Shown here in pieces: positions 46,683-59,250 of a stretch of 64,000 bases of DNA. The notes below the pieces were generated by a model. The model was not told the origin of the DNA. It ran no database searches and saw only the letters and a list, made by a program, of their open reading frames with translations. Every line of letters starts with the position of its first letter. Within the stretch, counting starts at the first letter, position 1. The stretch lies in NCBI GenBank assembly GCA_965113315.1, contig OZ220372.1; one strand, written 5' to 3'. The translations under genes were made by a program, and so were the position numbers. The DNA is from Podarcis vaucheri (Eukaryota).

Positions 46683-49600
46683 CTAAAACAGGAAACAATT
46701 GTATGTAGGAGAACTTTCTTTACAAGTCTCTTACACAACTGAGATATTACCTACTTTTGTCCTCTCTCTTCAAGAGACCATTTCTCCGAACAGTTTGCAA
46801 AGCCTGAACTTAGAACTGCATCTTAAAACACCTTTACTTCGACGCAAGTTGCCGAAATCTTGGAGGAGGCTTTGAGACCGAAAGCACCCAAAAAGTAGCA
46901 AGAAATCTTTCACCGCTCGTTACTGGGCACCGCAAGATTCAGAGGTAGCGTAGATGATTTGCAATTTGAATGTGCTAAGCTAAAATAGATATACATGCTT
47001 GCCCCATTGTTGACAAACCACCACCCTATATTACCCAGTTTCTGCTGCTGTCTACATTTGCTTCTCCACCTCTTAAACTTACCTGATATGTGAGGTCGAG
47101 GGCTAGTAGAGGGATGCTGCAGTGCAGGTTTTGCACAGGGCCTCTGGTTATTTATTTTTTGTGGCGTTCTGCTGCGTGTCATCATGTCATACTGCCCACA
47201 AGGTCTGCCGGGGTGTTGGGCTGGCCCAGCTGCCGTACTGTGATTGGTAACACTAAGGTCCGTGGCCTCCAGAGGTAAGTCCCAAAGCTCAGGGTCATCT
47301 GGAAGAAATGGAACATTAACAGTGAAGGGTCAGCTGCTGACCATTCTGTTCCACGTCTTGACTGCCACTGGGTTAAAACTGTAACAGGGTGGAACTAGAC
47401 ATTGTGTCAGCAAACACGAAATCCCAAGCTTGGGTTTTGCAATGACATAGGAACACACCGGGGGTGCTTGCTTCTTCTGTGCCCACTGATTTTGCCTTAC
47501 AAAGGGCCTCCATCCGTTTCTCCTCTCAGATGGAGGAAGGAGAATCTAGAAAAAGGATGCACATTTCTTTTTCATGTGTCCTGCACTAACTGTTGCCTGA
47601 AATGCTGCAAGAATGTGAACCAACCTGAGGCATTAAGTTACAGCAAGACTTACTAAAACGCACACTGTGTGGGGCTGTTTTTGGAAGCTGTAGTTCTTAT
47701 AGAATGTGGCTACCAGTTGCTCATGGAAGCCAATGGATCAGAGCATGTAACACTGACTTTATCAGCTGGACTGGTTCCTACTGCATTTGGGGAGCTAATG
47801 TTTAAAGCTGTAAATGACTTGGGACCAGATAGTAAGATAAACTGCAGAGGCTCTTCCTGCAGATCTGCTGGTAAGGACTTCCAAGTCTGGTGGGCACAAG
47901 AGATGGGGGTTTTCCAGTGGCAGACCAGTCACCATGGATCTTCTCCCCAGAGGTGGTGCATTTTGTTTTCTGCTTTTGAACAGGTTTTAAGGACTTGGCT
48001 GTTGTAACTGAACAATCATAGAATCAGAGTTGGAAAAGACCACAAGGGTCATCTAGTCCAACCCCCTGCAGGAATCTTTTGCCCAACATGGGACTCGAAC
48101 CCATGACCCTGAGATTCTTATTTGTGACCCATGGTATAAAATACCTAAAAGAACCAACAACCCTCACCCACCTGCAAGGAACTCCTCTTCCACAGCTGGT
48201 TCCAGCTGTGCTGAAGTGCTGTGCTTAATAGCAGGAAGAGCACATGCTTCTGGACAAGATAAAAGAGAAGCTTAATGTTACTGAGATTAGTGGAAGAGTA
48301 CATATTTCTCTGGATTTAGACTACTTGCATAGAAATAATGCATAAGCTGTCTTCCTAGGCTGGTGGGGGGTGGGGGAGAGACAGGATAGTGGTGGTTTGG
48401 GCTTTATTGATAATGGAACAAATAATATTCTTCACAAGAGCTGTCCCACATCATAGGGACAAAAAAGGACTTGCCTAAATGACCCAGCATGAATAAGCTA
48501 TTAATTTCCATTTCGTCCAAGGAATGCCAACTTACCTGAATTTGGCTCAATATGGAGAAAGATGGTTATTTCAACTATTAATGACAACAGATAGGTGGTG
48601 TTATTAATATGCTCTAACCTAGCCTGGACCCAGACTGATATACCAGCTGCTCTCCCCATCTCCATCACAAATCTGACTGCTGCACTGTTCTGCCATCTTA
48701 GTTGGGGCTTACAGATGAATTGGGCTTACAAACACCAACATTAAAACAAGTCCCTAATCTGACAATCACTTTATTAATGGGTTTTATTAATATTGCTACT
48801 TTTATAGGTTGGGTCAAGGCACTATTTTTCAAAAATATATTAGGTCTGCCTGCTGATTATATACTTTTTTGTTGATTTGAGTTAACTGATGGATTAAATA
48901 ATTATATCTACATTTTATGAAACCTACAATAATAGGTGCCTTTTTCACAATGCTAGATGAAGTGAGACATAACTACTTAACAAACAAAAGTTGACACCAG
49001 CATTGGAAGGAAATATCTTCTTTAACACATTCAGCAACATGGGACAGAAAAGTTTCTGCTGCCATTTATTTTGCCAGGAAAATTCAATCTCTAAAAATGC
49101 AGCACTGCATAAAAATTAATGAATGGATAAAAAACCAGTCAAATGAGATAGTTTCAAAAATGTAAAAAAAAAACCCTCAGATGCTAGTCAAAGCAGCTGC
49201 AGCAGCAGATTAAAGTTTGGGTTAAGCCCTCACTTTGACCTCTTTAAAGAGAGTCATATCCAGGGAAAACACACTTGTTTAACATCTCACTTTCAACTCT
49301 TACATTGACACAGTTAACACAGCAGGAAATAATTGGCCCTGTTACTTTGGCACTTCATCTGCCCATTCTGAGCTTCTTTGCAGTGCAGCGGATACAGGTT
49401 CTAACTAGCATTTTACCTTGACCTCTAGGTTCACAAGCTGGAGTAGTTGACTGGATTTGCTGTTTCTTCTGCATCTGCTGTCTGAACTGCTGCTGAAGTT
49501 GTTTCTGCCGCAACTTCCGGTGGTATGTTGCATCACACAGCAAGACCTCACTACCAGAGAATACAGGAAGAAGGGAATGTTACCACAAAATTCCCCATTT

Positions 49601-52600
49601 CATAACCATACTTGCTCAGAGTAGACAATATAACCAGGGTGGGGGGTGGGGGGTGACACTTTAGCATATATGGCAATAGCCCACGCTGTGTAACTACATT
49701 CACTTGTACAGTAGTACCTCGGGTTATATACGCTTCAGGTTACAGACTCCGCTAAGCCAGATATAGTACCTCAGGTTAAGAACTTTGCTTCAGAATATGA
49801 ACAGAAATTGTGCTCCAGCAGTGCGGCAGCAGCAGGAGGCCCCATTAGCTAAAGTGGTGCTTCATGTTAAGAACAGTTTCAGGTTAAGATCAGACCTCTG
49901 GAACGAATTAAGTACTTAACCAGAGGTACCACTATAATTTGCATAAATTATTCAACTACAGATCTTCCCTTGCCTCAGATTTCCTATTCTGTCTACTTAC
50001 ATGCATCCAGTGGTCCATAAAGGAAGAAGGCTTTATCCTACAAGATTTGGCCTAAGGTTATACTAGGAGGTACTTCTCACAAACCAGTCTTTCTTCTGCT
50101 ATCTCAGTGAATGAACACTAGTTTATAGTGGGTGGGATTACCAAAGTCTTTTCTGCCCCAACCAGCCAGCCACTCTCTTTTTCATTGCTTTTTGCTTTTA
50201 TTTATTTTTGCCAAGCGAGTAAAGCTGAATAGGCACAAGTTAAATGTGCATAAGTTGCGGGCTTACTGTATAAGCTTACGTATCTAGTCTATTAGATCTC
50301 CAACCTGCTTTGCTGATCTTGTTCAGAAGTACTCAAAGAAGATTCTAACTGCTCAGTTTTGACAGGAGTCGCTATAGAAAACTGCTGGTGGTCTTCGCTT
50401 GTCTTCTTCAAGCAGCTATTGTATCTTGCCTTTTCTATAGCAGGCTCAAAATCCTGTCTTTTAGCATTGCTCAAATCAAAATCTGGAGGCATCTAGGAAC
50501 AGGAATAAAACAAACAGCCTTTCAGTAGCTACAAAACTTCAGAATGTAATGGAAACATTTCACAGACTCATCTGTCATGTTGCCCAGGAGACAAATTGCT
50601 TTCCTGGAATTCTTTGCCTGTTCACAACCAAGTTTCGGCCTGGTGCTATGAACTCAACCAATGTGGTTATTTCTCTAACTTAGTGGAGATTTGTCATGTT
50701 TAGTAATCAACACCAACTCTGTCAACATGTACTTTGTGGATCAGCTTTGTTTCCTTGCAATTCTCTGTGGTGTTGATTCCCCCCCCCCCTCTTAAAGCAA
50801 CCTAGGAGTTATTTTAAAACAGATGTAGAAAGAACAAATGAAGAAAACTGCAGATTAACAGCCTGGGAATGCTGTAGAAATCAGTAAACACGACAATTTC
50901 AGCCTATCTGCAGCTTTCAATCCATCACAGCCAAGGGCATACTCTGCCTTCTTTGATGGAATGCCAATTTAGGTGACATACACTATGGGCTGCAGTCAGC
51001 AAGGAATACTGTAGATGTGTGAAGGATGGGTCGACCAGAATGCAGCAGCTTAAATGATGATTCACTGGGGTGGGGTGGTTGTAGAAGTTAGTAATGATGA
51101 CTGGAGATGAAGCTGTTTTGAGGCAAGAGAAGATAAGGACCCTTTTCTGAAAAAAGGATATAACATCTAAGATATACTTAATTGAATGGTTTAGAGAGCA
51201 ATCCAAACCAGTAAGGCTTTATAGACTGGTAGGGCTACTACTGCATCAGCAAACATCTTGGGCACATGCAACTGATCCAAGCCCCCTCTATGCCCAGCCC
51301 AAATGGGGCTCGGATTCATTCGTTGGTCATTCATCCTTGTGAAAACAGGCTTAAGGGCATCCTAAGAAAAATGCATTTTGGCATTTCGCTATTAAAAATA
51401 ACGAATCCCTGGGAATCTGCTCAGAAAATAATGTAACAATGCTGCAAGACAAGCTAGTTACTTTAGAAAGAGATCACTGTGAGGGGAGAAATGGTGCAAT
51501 AAGAATTACAAGAAGATGGGAGCTGGACTGTCCCATATAAAAAAGAACAACATAGTAAGCTCTGATTTTCAGTGTTCATTGGAAGGTACTATAATTTTCT
51601 GCTTGCTCCTGAACAGCTCTGACTGGAAAGTGAAAACACACACACACACGAAAAATTATTGAGTGTTTTGAAGCAGAAAAAGTGTAAGCAAAGCAACACA
51701 CTGTAGAGATATGGTGCATCAGAAAATAACCATAAGAATTTTCAACTGGAATATCCAGGCAATGAAATTACCTATTCAAGAAGAATGCACTGTTGCATGG
51801 CAGAATAAAGAATGGAGCCTTTCTTGTCTGTATTATCTATACTCAAAGCAGAATTTGGCATTTTTACTGCAGAATTCTAGTTTTTGGAAGTCCCAAGTAA
51901 CACACCTGGCGAGGAAGCTTATTCACTGATCGCAAGTAGTCTTTGTCCAGGATGCAGTTCCCAAGAGCATTACCAAAGCACCTGAGAAAGGACGAGAGTT
52001 AGTCGTCTTTTAGAACACAGTTCCCCTTTTTCATTGCTTTCGAGCTAGCAAAATGTCTTCTGTTGATTGCCACTTACTTCAGTGCTCTCTTCAGTCCATC
52101 TGTAACAGCTTCCTTCCTTGCTTTTTCTAGGGACAAGGCCTTGGACTTCAAGCCTTCACTTACTCCATAGCCAACATCTTCATGGTATGAGCCGTCCTGC
52201 AATTTAAGAATACGTAAAAAAAACAAAATGGCCATTTGGGTTTGACTATAATCATCCTAATGAACCTTGCTTTGTGGCAAAAGCAGCTTAAGCAGGCACT
52301 GCAGTACATTCAGTTTTTCTGGAGTCTACAGGGGACTCAAGTGTCAATCAAGCCTGAAATATTATGCTAGTTCAAAGTATTCCAATCTTCTGCCAAATAC
52401 ATCCTAAAAAATGGAAACTAACAGCATTTGGATACATGCATTACAGTTTAAGACTTGTCACTGTTTAAAAGCAAATGCGTAAGTCAGGATTTTTTCCTAC
52501 AGTATTTTATTTCATCTTAAAAAAACAGGTGTGTGTTTTGACCAGTAACGGGTCTAATAAATAAGCATTTTTGATCGACAGGAAGTAACACCAACAGCCA

Positions 52601-55600
52601 TATTGTTATGTACCTTTTGCATACTGTTCACTTTACTTTCATGGCTCTGAAGAACCAGCACCACCAACATATCTCCCGACCCCATTTACCTTAAGTTGCA
52701 CTTTCACAAAGGCACAGACCCCCACATAGAATTTGCCATTATTGAGATCCACAAAATCTGTGAAGTGCAGAAACAAAAAACAAAAGCATTTAGTCTAACA
52801 TAGGGAGCCAGATGATTGGTCTGCCTATCATTACTGTGCACTGGTAGCTAGGCAGTCGTAAAAAGATGTAGGAGAAAATATAGGGAATTTAGAATATGGT
52901 CACAACACTATTGGCATGGATGCAAATGTTTGTCAAAGAAATTAACTAGAAAGAATACAGAGATATTTCCCAAGCAGAATGTTGGTTTCTGAACTAGAGG
53001 CTTCTGAGGATAATGTTCAGATAAAAGAGTATATAGACCTGAAAATTACCCTTAAGACATTACTGCATTATTGACCTTAGTGAACTGTGGGAATGCTGTG
53101 GACCCCATTTATTTTTATTTCAGCAAAGCATTTGACAAAGATCATGTTTTATTAGCAGACTTGTTGAATGTGTACTGATAAATAATGCTGGATTCAGAGC
53201 TGGTTGGAAGCCATACTCAGAAGGGTGTTCATCAATGGGTTCTCATTAAACTGGATGAATGAATTTAGTGAGGTGATGTAAGGCTCTGGGACTCTTCAAC
53301 ATTTGATCAGTGATTTAAATGGTGTGGAGGGAATGCTAACCTATTTGCAGAAGACACAAAGCTGAGATAGATCACTAATGCCTTAGCAAACAGGAGTAAA
53401 ATTCAGAATGAACTTGGTAGCTTTGGCCTAGCTCCCCATTCTTACAATATGAAATTCAACAGAGGCAAATGCTAAATCCTGCATTTGGGGGAGGTGGGGG
53501 AAACAAAAAAACCCAAATGGACAGAGAGTCACATTGAGTCAGCAGTGTGACGCAGCTGCAGAAAATAGTAATGCAGTTTTAGGCTGCCTTAATCAAGTCA
53601 TAACGTTTCCCATCAGCTTTTAAAAATATTTTTAAATCAAACAATTTCATTAGTAGTAATATTCTATGAGGAATTTCAGCTTCTGATAATCTGAATCACA
53701 TTCAAGATGACAGAATCAGCTTCCCTAGGAACTGGTCTTTATTTTGTAAATCTCTATGACTCTTTCCTCTTGACGAACTGAATATGTGCTGAGAATCGAT
53801 AATTAAACATTTGTAGGTTCAGTGTGGACAGTGGAAGACAGAAGTGCCTGGCGTGCTCTGGTCCATGGGGTCACGAAGAGTCGGACATGACTAAACAACA
53901 ACAACAAAGGTTCAGAGTATTCTCCAGGATATTTTATTTTTTTAATGCACAGAATGCTACCAATTTTTAGGAGGGGATTAAGGTTTTGTATGTGATGGAA
54001 TGAAAAAGTGAGATATTCATTAGCAAAGTAGGTAAGAGTAATGTCAGGGATCACAATAGGTATCAAAATATGAATGTGCAGACTGGATCTTTTTCCGAAA
54101 TACTTTTTAAAGGAAAATCTATCCATACAGAAAGCAAGGATATAATGAAGTATAACTTATAGCTTATAGTACTGTGCTTTCACTCCCTTTTGCCTTTCTA
54201 ACAACTCTGTATTTTTTGTTACCTAATATCATTTCAGGTCCTTAAGGTGATCTAGGTGAGGTTTTTGAGATGGGGTTCTATTCTTCCAGTTGTTGTTACT
54301 GAGCTGAAAGACTTAAGTGTCTCCCCTCTGCCTTTTCCGTTCAACCTCCTGTTGCTAGGCCACAAACACAACAGATCTTTTGAGGATGAGACAGCTGCAG
54401 CCATAATTTTGGGAGACGTTTCTGTACAGGATTGCAGTTTTCAGCTAATTTTATTTATTTATTTAATGAAAACTGTTAACTGCTAGGGCAAGGATTCTTT
54501 TTTCTATATGTATTCACTGTGTAACTGACAATACACTGAATTCTGAAATTTAGGGGGAAACCACTTCAATATGTTGTCAAGGTTACCCTATGCCAACTCA
54601 TGCTGTGCCCCCCCCCCCAAACTGCCATGGAAAATTCTGCTTCCAGGTGGCATGTGAGAAGCTCCTTTTCTCAAGATCTGGAAACTCATAATCATATTGT
54701 GTTGCGTCTAGCAGAGGTGCTCTGTTCATGGAAAACTCTGAATACTAGCAGAAGATTCCATGAATGAATGGGGCAGGACACAAGGTTCTCATTTATGCTT
54801 TCCATGCCACTTCCCACATAACTCTTGGAGTTCTGTTTTTGAGGAAAGCAGGAGCCGAAGGAGGAATCGGGGGGGAATGCTTTCTTCACTTTCTATTCAT
54901 GAAAGCTGCTGTTGGATCAAAAACTTCCTTAAGTGGAACAATGCCATTATTTGCGCCCGACTGCTTATTGTTTCACTCTGCTAGGATAGTTTTTTGCACA
55001 AGAACATTTTGATAACTTATAGAACCTGCAGCATGAAGCAGCTGGAAGAAGCTTAAAATTGGTTCTCACCGACATTCTGCTGAGTGACAGAATGAGCCCA
55101 GCCATTGTAGCCAAACATCTCATTGGCCAGACTGATGACTCTGTGCCCTTCAATGTAGCAAACCTGAAAGTAGAAAGAAAGGACAAAAGTGTCAAAAATC
55201 CTTCTTGGTGAGTCTTAATCTCATTAAATTATTGCAGAAGCTACATCTACTTGCAAGAGTGTTCCACATTACAGTACCAAACAGCTAACCAAAATTAAAA
55301 ATAATTGTTCTGAGTTTGAGATATTAAATTGATAAGAATTTATTAAATTACATGTGAAAAGAATTCTATACCCCAGGTCTGTCCTGTACTACACTTATTT
55401 CTTTAAATCCCTAGCCAGCAATGCGAGAGCCGCTTTGAGGAAAGGTAGTGGGCCAGCGCTGTCCACCTTCCCAAACTGGAGAGCCAGAAAGTACTATCAT
55501 TAACAAATGCTGACACCTCTGTGGCCTCTGACTTGGAAGATTGCAGCATTCAGCAAGCACCAGTTGCAGATAACCCTACACCAGGTATGTCCAACAGGTT

Positions 55601-57015
55601 GATTGCGATTCACTGGTAGATCCCCGAGAGGTTCTGGTAGATTGTGGTTGAACACTGGGTCCCTTTCCTTAGTGTTGGTAAAATAGAATCCGGCCCCACC
55701 CCCTCTCTTTGAGCTTAGGCTTAAATTCTCAAAAACCGTGGCTTTCCTCCTCCCTAAAAAGCTCAACAACTTTGACCTGAATGGGGGTAGATCATTGCCA
55801 GTTTTTAATTCTGTGAGTAGATCGCAGTCTCTTGGGAGTTGGCCACCCCTGCCCTACACTATGGTGCTCCTCCTGAGAAAGCAAGGGCATAGGAAGCTGC
55901 TGCCCAAAAGGATTCAGGGAAATATGCACTACCAACAGGCAATGTGTAATTTTCAATATCAAGTAAATAAAAACTGTGTACACACTTTTGTACCTTCTGT
56001 CCTCCTCCAGCTTGCCGACTACTGATGTATTCTGGGCCCAATCTTTGTCGCAGTGCAGCCTGGACGGCCTGGTACTCATCTGCTGTATACTGACACTTAA
56101 GCAAACCACACACACAATCATGAAAAGATCTAGCATATTCGTAACTAATTTCTCCCCCTTTCTTGCAACTGATTTAGTTCAATCAGTCCCATCCCCCATA
56201 AGAACTCTTAATCTAGTTATACTCTGAAAGCTATATCCAAAAGGAAATATTGTACCTCACAGGGTAGCTCCTTCATTATGATAATACCATGAATTGTTTA
56301 AAATGGTAACTACTCTGTTGCATGAGTCCCCCCCCCCCCCCCAGTTCTCCTCTGAGCACTCTTAAGTATAATTCAGCCAAATCAGAAAGAAATCTCAGCT
56401 GGTATATATTTTCCCAACACTTGTCACCAAACACCAACTGAATTAAATAGTAAATAATAACTCTTGCGTTGTAGTGTGAGCTAAACAACAGCAAAAAGAG
56501 TGCAAAGAAATATTAAGAGTATCGCAACAGATTTTCAGCTACTCTCTAGGGAAATGTTTTTTATACAAAAACAAATCTGCTTTCTGCTCTAAAAAGGAGT
56601 ACTTTTTACATTCAAAACACATTGGGATCTTTTCATAAAGATGGCTTTGTACCATACTTTGGATTTGATCCATGTTTCTTCTGCCTATGTAGATTTTAAA
56701 CCAACTACAGTTCCCCAAGTTTGGACGTAACAGGGAACTGTGGTTTATTTAAAAGAAGCATCTAAACCCTTCTCCATGCCCAGGGTAGGAAGCATAATAA
56801 ACCAAGGTTTGTGCAGATTCACTAACATACTTTGAAGCCATGGTTTCCCATTTTGTCTCAACTGGGCCGTTATCCATAGTAGATTTTGCATTGAAGCCCC
56901 ACCAGAAAATCTCACACAAATCTGAAGGTGATGGTAAACTGACCTGTCCAAACCACATACTGGAGTTAGCATTGCTGCTGCTGATTCCATTTCTTGTCAG
57001 TTCTGTTCCAGACAT
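46621..57015 (-). CDS. RAD52: DNA repair protein RAD52, complete CDS in 11 coding exons (1209 nt including stop, 402 aa)
   Basis: Exon lengths 72+102+94+68+119+76+188+134+78+216+62 splice in frame. N-terminal annealing domain ([57 protein letters not shown]), RQK motif, C-terminal basic KKRR. Confidence 0.97.
47083..47298 (-). CDS. RAD52: RAD52 coding exon 10 (216 nt)
   Basis: [12 protein letters not shown]...[10 protein letters not shown]...; ttccag / gtaagt; open in phase 1-1. Confidence 0.88.
48172..48249 (-). CDS. RAD52: RAD52 coding exon 9 (78 nt)
   Basis: [25 protein letters not shown]; gtccag / gtgggt; phase 1-1. Confidence 0.8.
49417..49550 (-). CDS. RAD52: RAD52 coding exon 8 (134 nt; RPA-binding RQK region)
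   Basis: [28 protein letters not shown]; tggtag / gtaaaa. Confidence 0.92.
49709..49934. mobile_element. Tigger/mariner-like MITE
   Basis: TA flanks; TIRs cagtagtacctcgggtta / taaccagaggtaccacta; internal cttcaggtta repeats. Confidence 0.8.
50305..50492 (-). CDS. RAD52: RAD52 coding exon 7 (188 nt, phase 0-2)
   Basis: [27 protein letters not shown]...; tcctag acceptor; weak donor gttgga chosen by phase and the in-frame stop just downstream. Confidence 0.88.
51906..51981 (-). CDS. RAD52: RAD52 coding exon 6 (76 nt)
   Basis: [25 protein letters not shown]; tctcag / gtgtgt. Confidence 0.96.
52078..52196 (-). CDS. RAD52: RAD52 coding exon 5 (119 nt)
   Basis: [39 protein letters not shown]; ttgcag / gtaagt. 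Confidence 0.97.
52690..52757 (-). CDS. RAD52: RAD52 coding exon 4 (68 nt)
   Basis: [23 protein letters not shown]; tcacag / gtaaat. Confidence 0.97.
53060..53600 (+). mobile_element. Degraded CR1 LINE reverse-transcriptase fragment
   Basis: Remnant motifs FSKAFDK (ttcagcaaagcatttgacaaa), FA(E)DTKL (tttgcagaagacacaaagctg), MKFNRGKC and HLG, disrupted by stops and frameshifts. Confidence 0.8.
53829..53907 (+). mobile_element. BovB (RTE) extreme 3' fragment
   Basis: Near-identical to 57490-57572; (CAA)n tail; approximate TSD aggttcag(t/a)gt. Confidence 0.85.
55070..55163 (-). CDS. RAD52: RAD52 coding exon 3 (94 nt)
   Basis: [31 protein letters not shown]; tttcag / gtgaga. Confidence 0.97.
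55994..56095 (-). CDS. RAD52: RAD52 coding exon 2 (102 nt)
   Basis: [34 protein letters not shown]; AG/GT flanks. Confidence 0.96.
56944..57015 (-). CDS. RAD52: RAD52 first coding exon
   Basis: ttttag|GA-ATG...CAG|gtcagt; [24 protein letters not shown]. Confidence 0.9.
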
Positions 57016-57122
57016 TCCTAAAAGAAAGTAATACGAACGTCAATATATATGATCAAAATAGAAACAGTTATTTACCAATTTTTTAATAATCAAGACCATA
57101 TAGTTCGAAATAATCATATTAT

Positions 57123-57573
57123 GTTAAAGCTATGGTTTTCCCAGTAGTGATGTACGGAAGTGAGAGCTGGACCATAAAGAAGGCTGATCGCCGAAGAATT
57201 GATGCTTTTGAATTATGGTGCTGGAGGAGACTCTTGAGAGTCCCATGGACTGCAAGAAGATCAAACCTATCCATTCTGAAGGAAATCAGCCCTGAGTGCT
57301 CACTGGAAGGACAGATCCTGAAGCTGAGGCTTCAATACTTTGGCCACCTCATGAGAAGAGAAGACTCCCTGGAAAAGACCCTGATGTTGGGAAAGATGGA
57401 GGGCACAAGGAGAAGGGGACGACAGAGGACGAGATGGTTGGACAGTGTTCTCGAAGCTACCAGCCTGAGTTTGACCAAACTGCAGGAGGCAGTGGAAGAC
57501 AGGAGTGCCTGGCATGCTCTGGTCCATGGGGTCACGAAGAGTCGGACATGACTAAACGACTAAACAACAACAA
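57123..57573 (+). mobile_element. BovB (RTE-clade LINE) 5'-truncated copy
   Basis: ORF 57132..57551 KAMVFPVVMYGSESWTIKKADRRRIDAFELWCWRRLLRVPWTARRSN...HGVTKSRT matches the BovB ORF C-terminus; (CAA)n tail. Confidence 0.95.
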
Positions 57574-57609
57574 CCCCATTGTGAGTAGGCAGGACAGGAT
57601 ACTCAGTAG

Positions 57610-57857
57610 AAGAAGAACAAGAGTTGGGATTTGATATCCTGCCTTTCACTCCCTTTAAGGAGTCTCAAAGCGGCTAACATTCTCCTTTCCCTTCCTCCCC
57701 CACAACAAACACTCTGTGAGGTGAGTGGGGCTGAGAGACTTCAGAGAAGTGTGACTGGCCCAAGGTCACCCACCAGCTGCATGTGGAGGAGCTGAGACGC
57801 AAACCTGGTTCCCCAGATTACGAGACTACCGCTCTTAACCACTACACCACACTGGCT
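57610..57857 (-). mobile_element. tRNA-derived SINE (MIR/CORE-like body)
   Basis: Minus-strand head gagagccagtgtggtgtagtggttaagagc (A box); body tgactggcccaaggtcacccaccag; TSD CTCAGTAG at 57602-57609 and 57858-57865. Confidence 0.75.
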
Positions 57858-58505
57858 CTCAGTAGCAGGAGTATCAAAAAGGTTTTGCTCTTACACCCCC
57901 CAAATGTTCTTTATGTGTCTAAATAGGAGTAAGGAGTAAATGACAGCTATTCACTTCTACATGAGATGTGAATATAAGAATGTATATATAAGAGCATATA
58001 TAAAGGGATAAATACACTCCGGGATACCCTTGAAACCTGTCTTTCTGTCTTGTTGCCATCCCATCTTAGATCCTGTCCCTCTTCTCAGCTCCAACCCCTA
58101 TGCAGCTCTGCATCCTCTGCTGCTCAGCAATTTCTGATGTTTAGCTGTGGGGGATCTTGGAAAGTCTGTAACCTCATATGCCTGCACTGCTCAGCAGGAA
58201 ATAATTGTGCAGTGAGGGAAGAGTGGCATGGTTAGAGTTCAGCTCACGACAGTTAGAAAAATCTCTTCCTCCATCAGCAGCTTGCTGTGTTTTCACACTG
58301 AGCACAGAAAGAACTCCCTTTCAGTGGCTATCAAGGCAGAATTATCCTGAATTTGTGTGAACTGGAGGTAAAAAGTGTGTAAATGTGTTGATTTCTGTGG
58401 ATGTATGAGTGTGGATCTGTGTGGCTTTGGCTCTGCACTCTAATGGAAGGTTATTCATGAAGGAATGCAGTCTTTTGATTGAAAACAGTCAAAACCTCTG
58501 GGCTA

Positions 58506-58540
<35 letters not shown>

Positions 58541-58557
58541 CGCGTGTGTGTGTGTGT
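58506..58557. repeat. (TG)n(CG)n(TG)n alternating purine-pyrimidine tract
   Basis: Direct reading. Confidence 0.9.
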
Positions 58558-58946
58558 CTGTAACAGGCATATATGCTCAAGTTTCCAAGAATCAGAAAAG
58601 GTTACCTGCTTTAAACATGAAAAGACTCAAGGTACAAGACTATAAGTAAGAAGACTGTCTGCTTTGTATCGATAAAGGAATTGGTTTAGTTATTGATACT
58701 GAAGAAATGGGGAAACACCATTTTTTGCACCACTTAGAAAATGCACTTTCTGTGCTATTTAGTAATGCCTAACTACTAGTTTTTAAAATTGCCTGAAGTA
58801 ACCCAATTGTACAGGTATTAAAACAGATACCATTCGTGGAAGTGAGAATGTAAAGAAAAGCCCATATATTGAAGTAATTAACGTATTTTTAGAACATTAT
58901 CACACAAAGCCTAGTGATTTTCTTGTAGCTCATCAATGAAACTGAG

Positions 58947-59250
58947 TTGGAAGATTCAGAACAGACAAAAGGAAGTACTTCACAGCGCACAAAAGCCATT
59001 GGTGGCCACCAACCTGGGTGGTTTTAAAAGCGGATAAAAAATGTTAATGGATAAGGCTATCTGTGACCACTAACCCTAATTAATGGATGTATGCTACCTG
59101 CAGTTGGAGGCAGTAATGCTGGAAAATGCACGACGGGACTGCTGCTGTGCTTGTGGGCTTCCCATAGACATCTGGTTGGCCACTTTGAGTACAGAATGCT
59201 TGGACCATATGGGTGACAGGCTTGATCCAGCATGCTCTTCTTGTGTTCTC
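58947..59250 (+). mobile_element. Degraded CR1 LINE 3' fragment
   Basis: ggaagattcagaacagacaaaaggaagtacttcacagcgcac...gccaccaacc...ggttttaaaag resembles a CR1 ORF2 end plus 3' UTR. Confidence 0.6.

Noticed and set aside
55500-55545. Duplicated RAD52 exon (VRGHRGVSI resembling IEGHRVIS)
   Set aside because: The match is very short, runs into a stop and lacks matching splice sites; probably chance.
57132-57551. 139-aa host gene
   Set aside because: It is the C-terminal fragment of the BovB LINE ORF.
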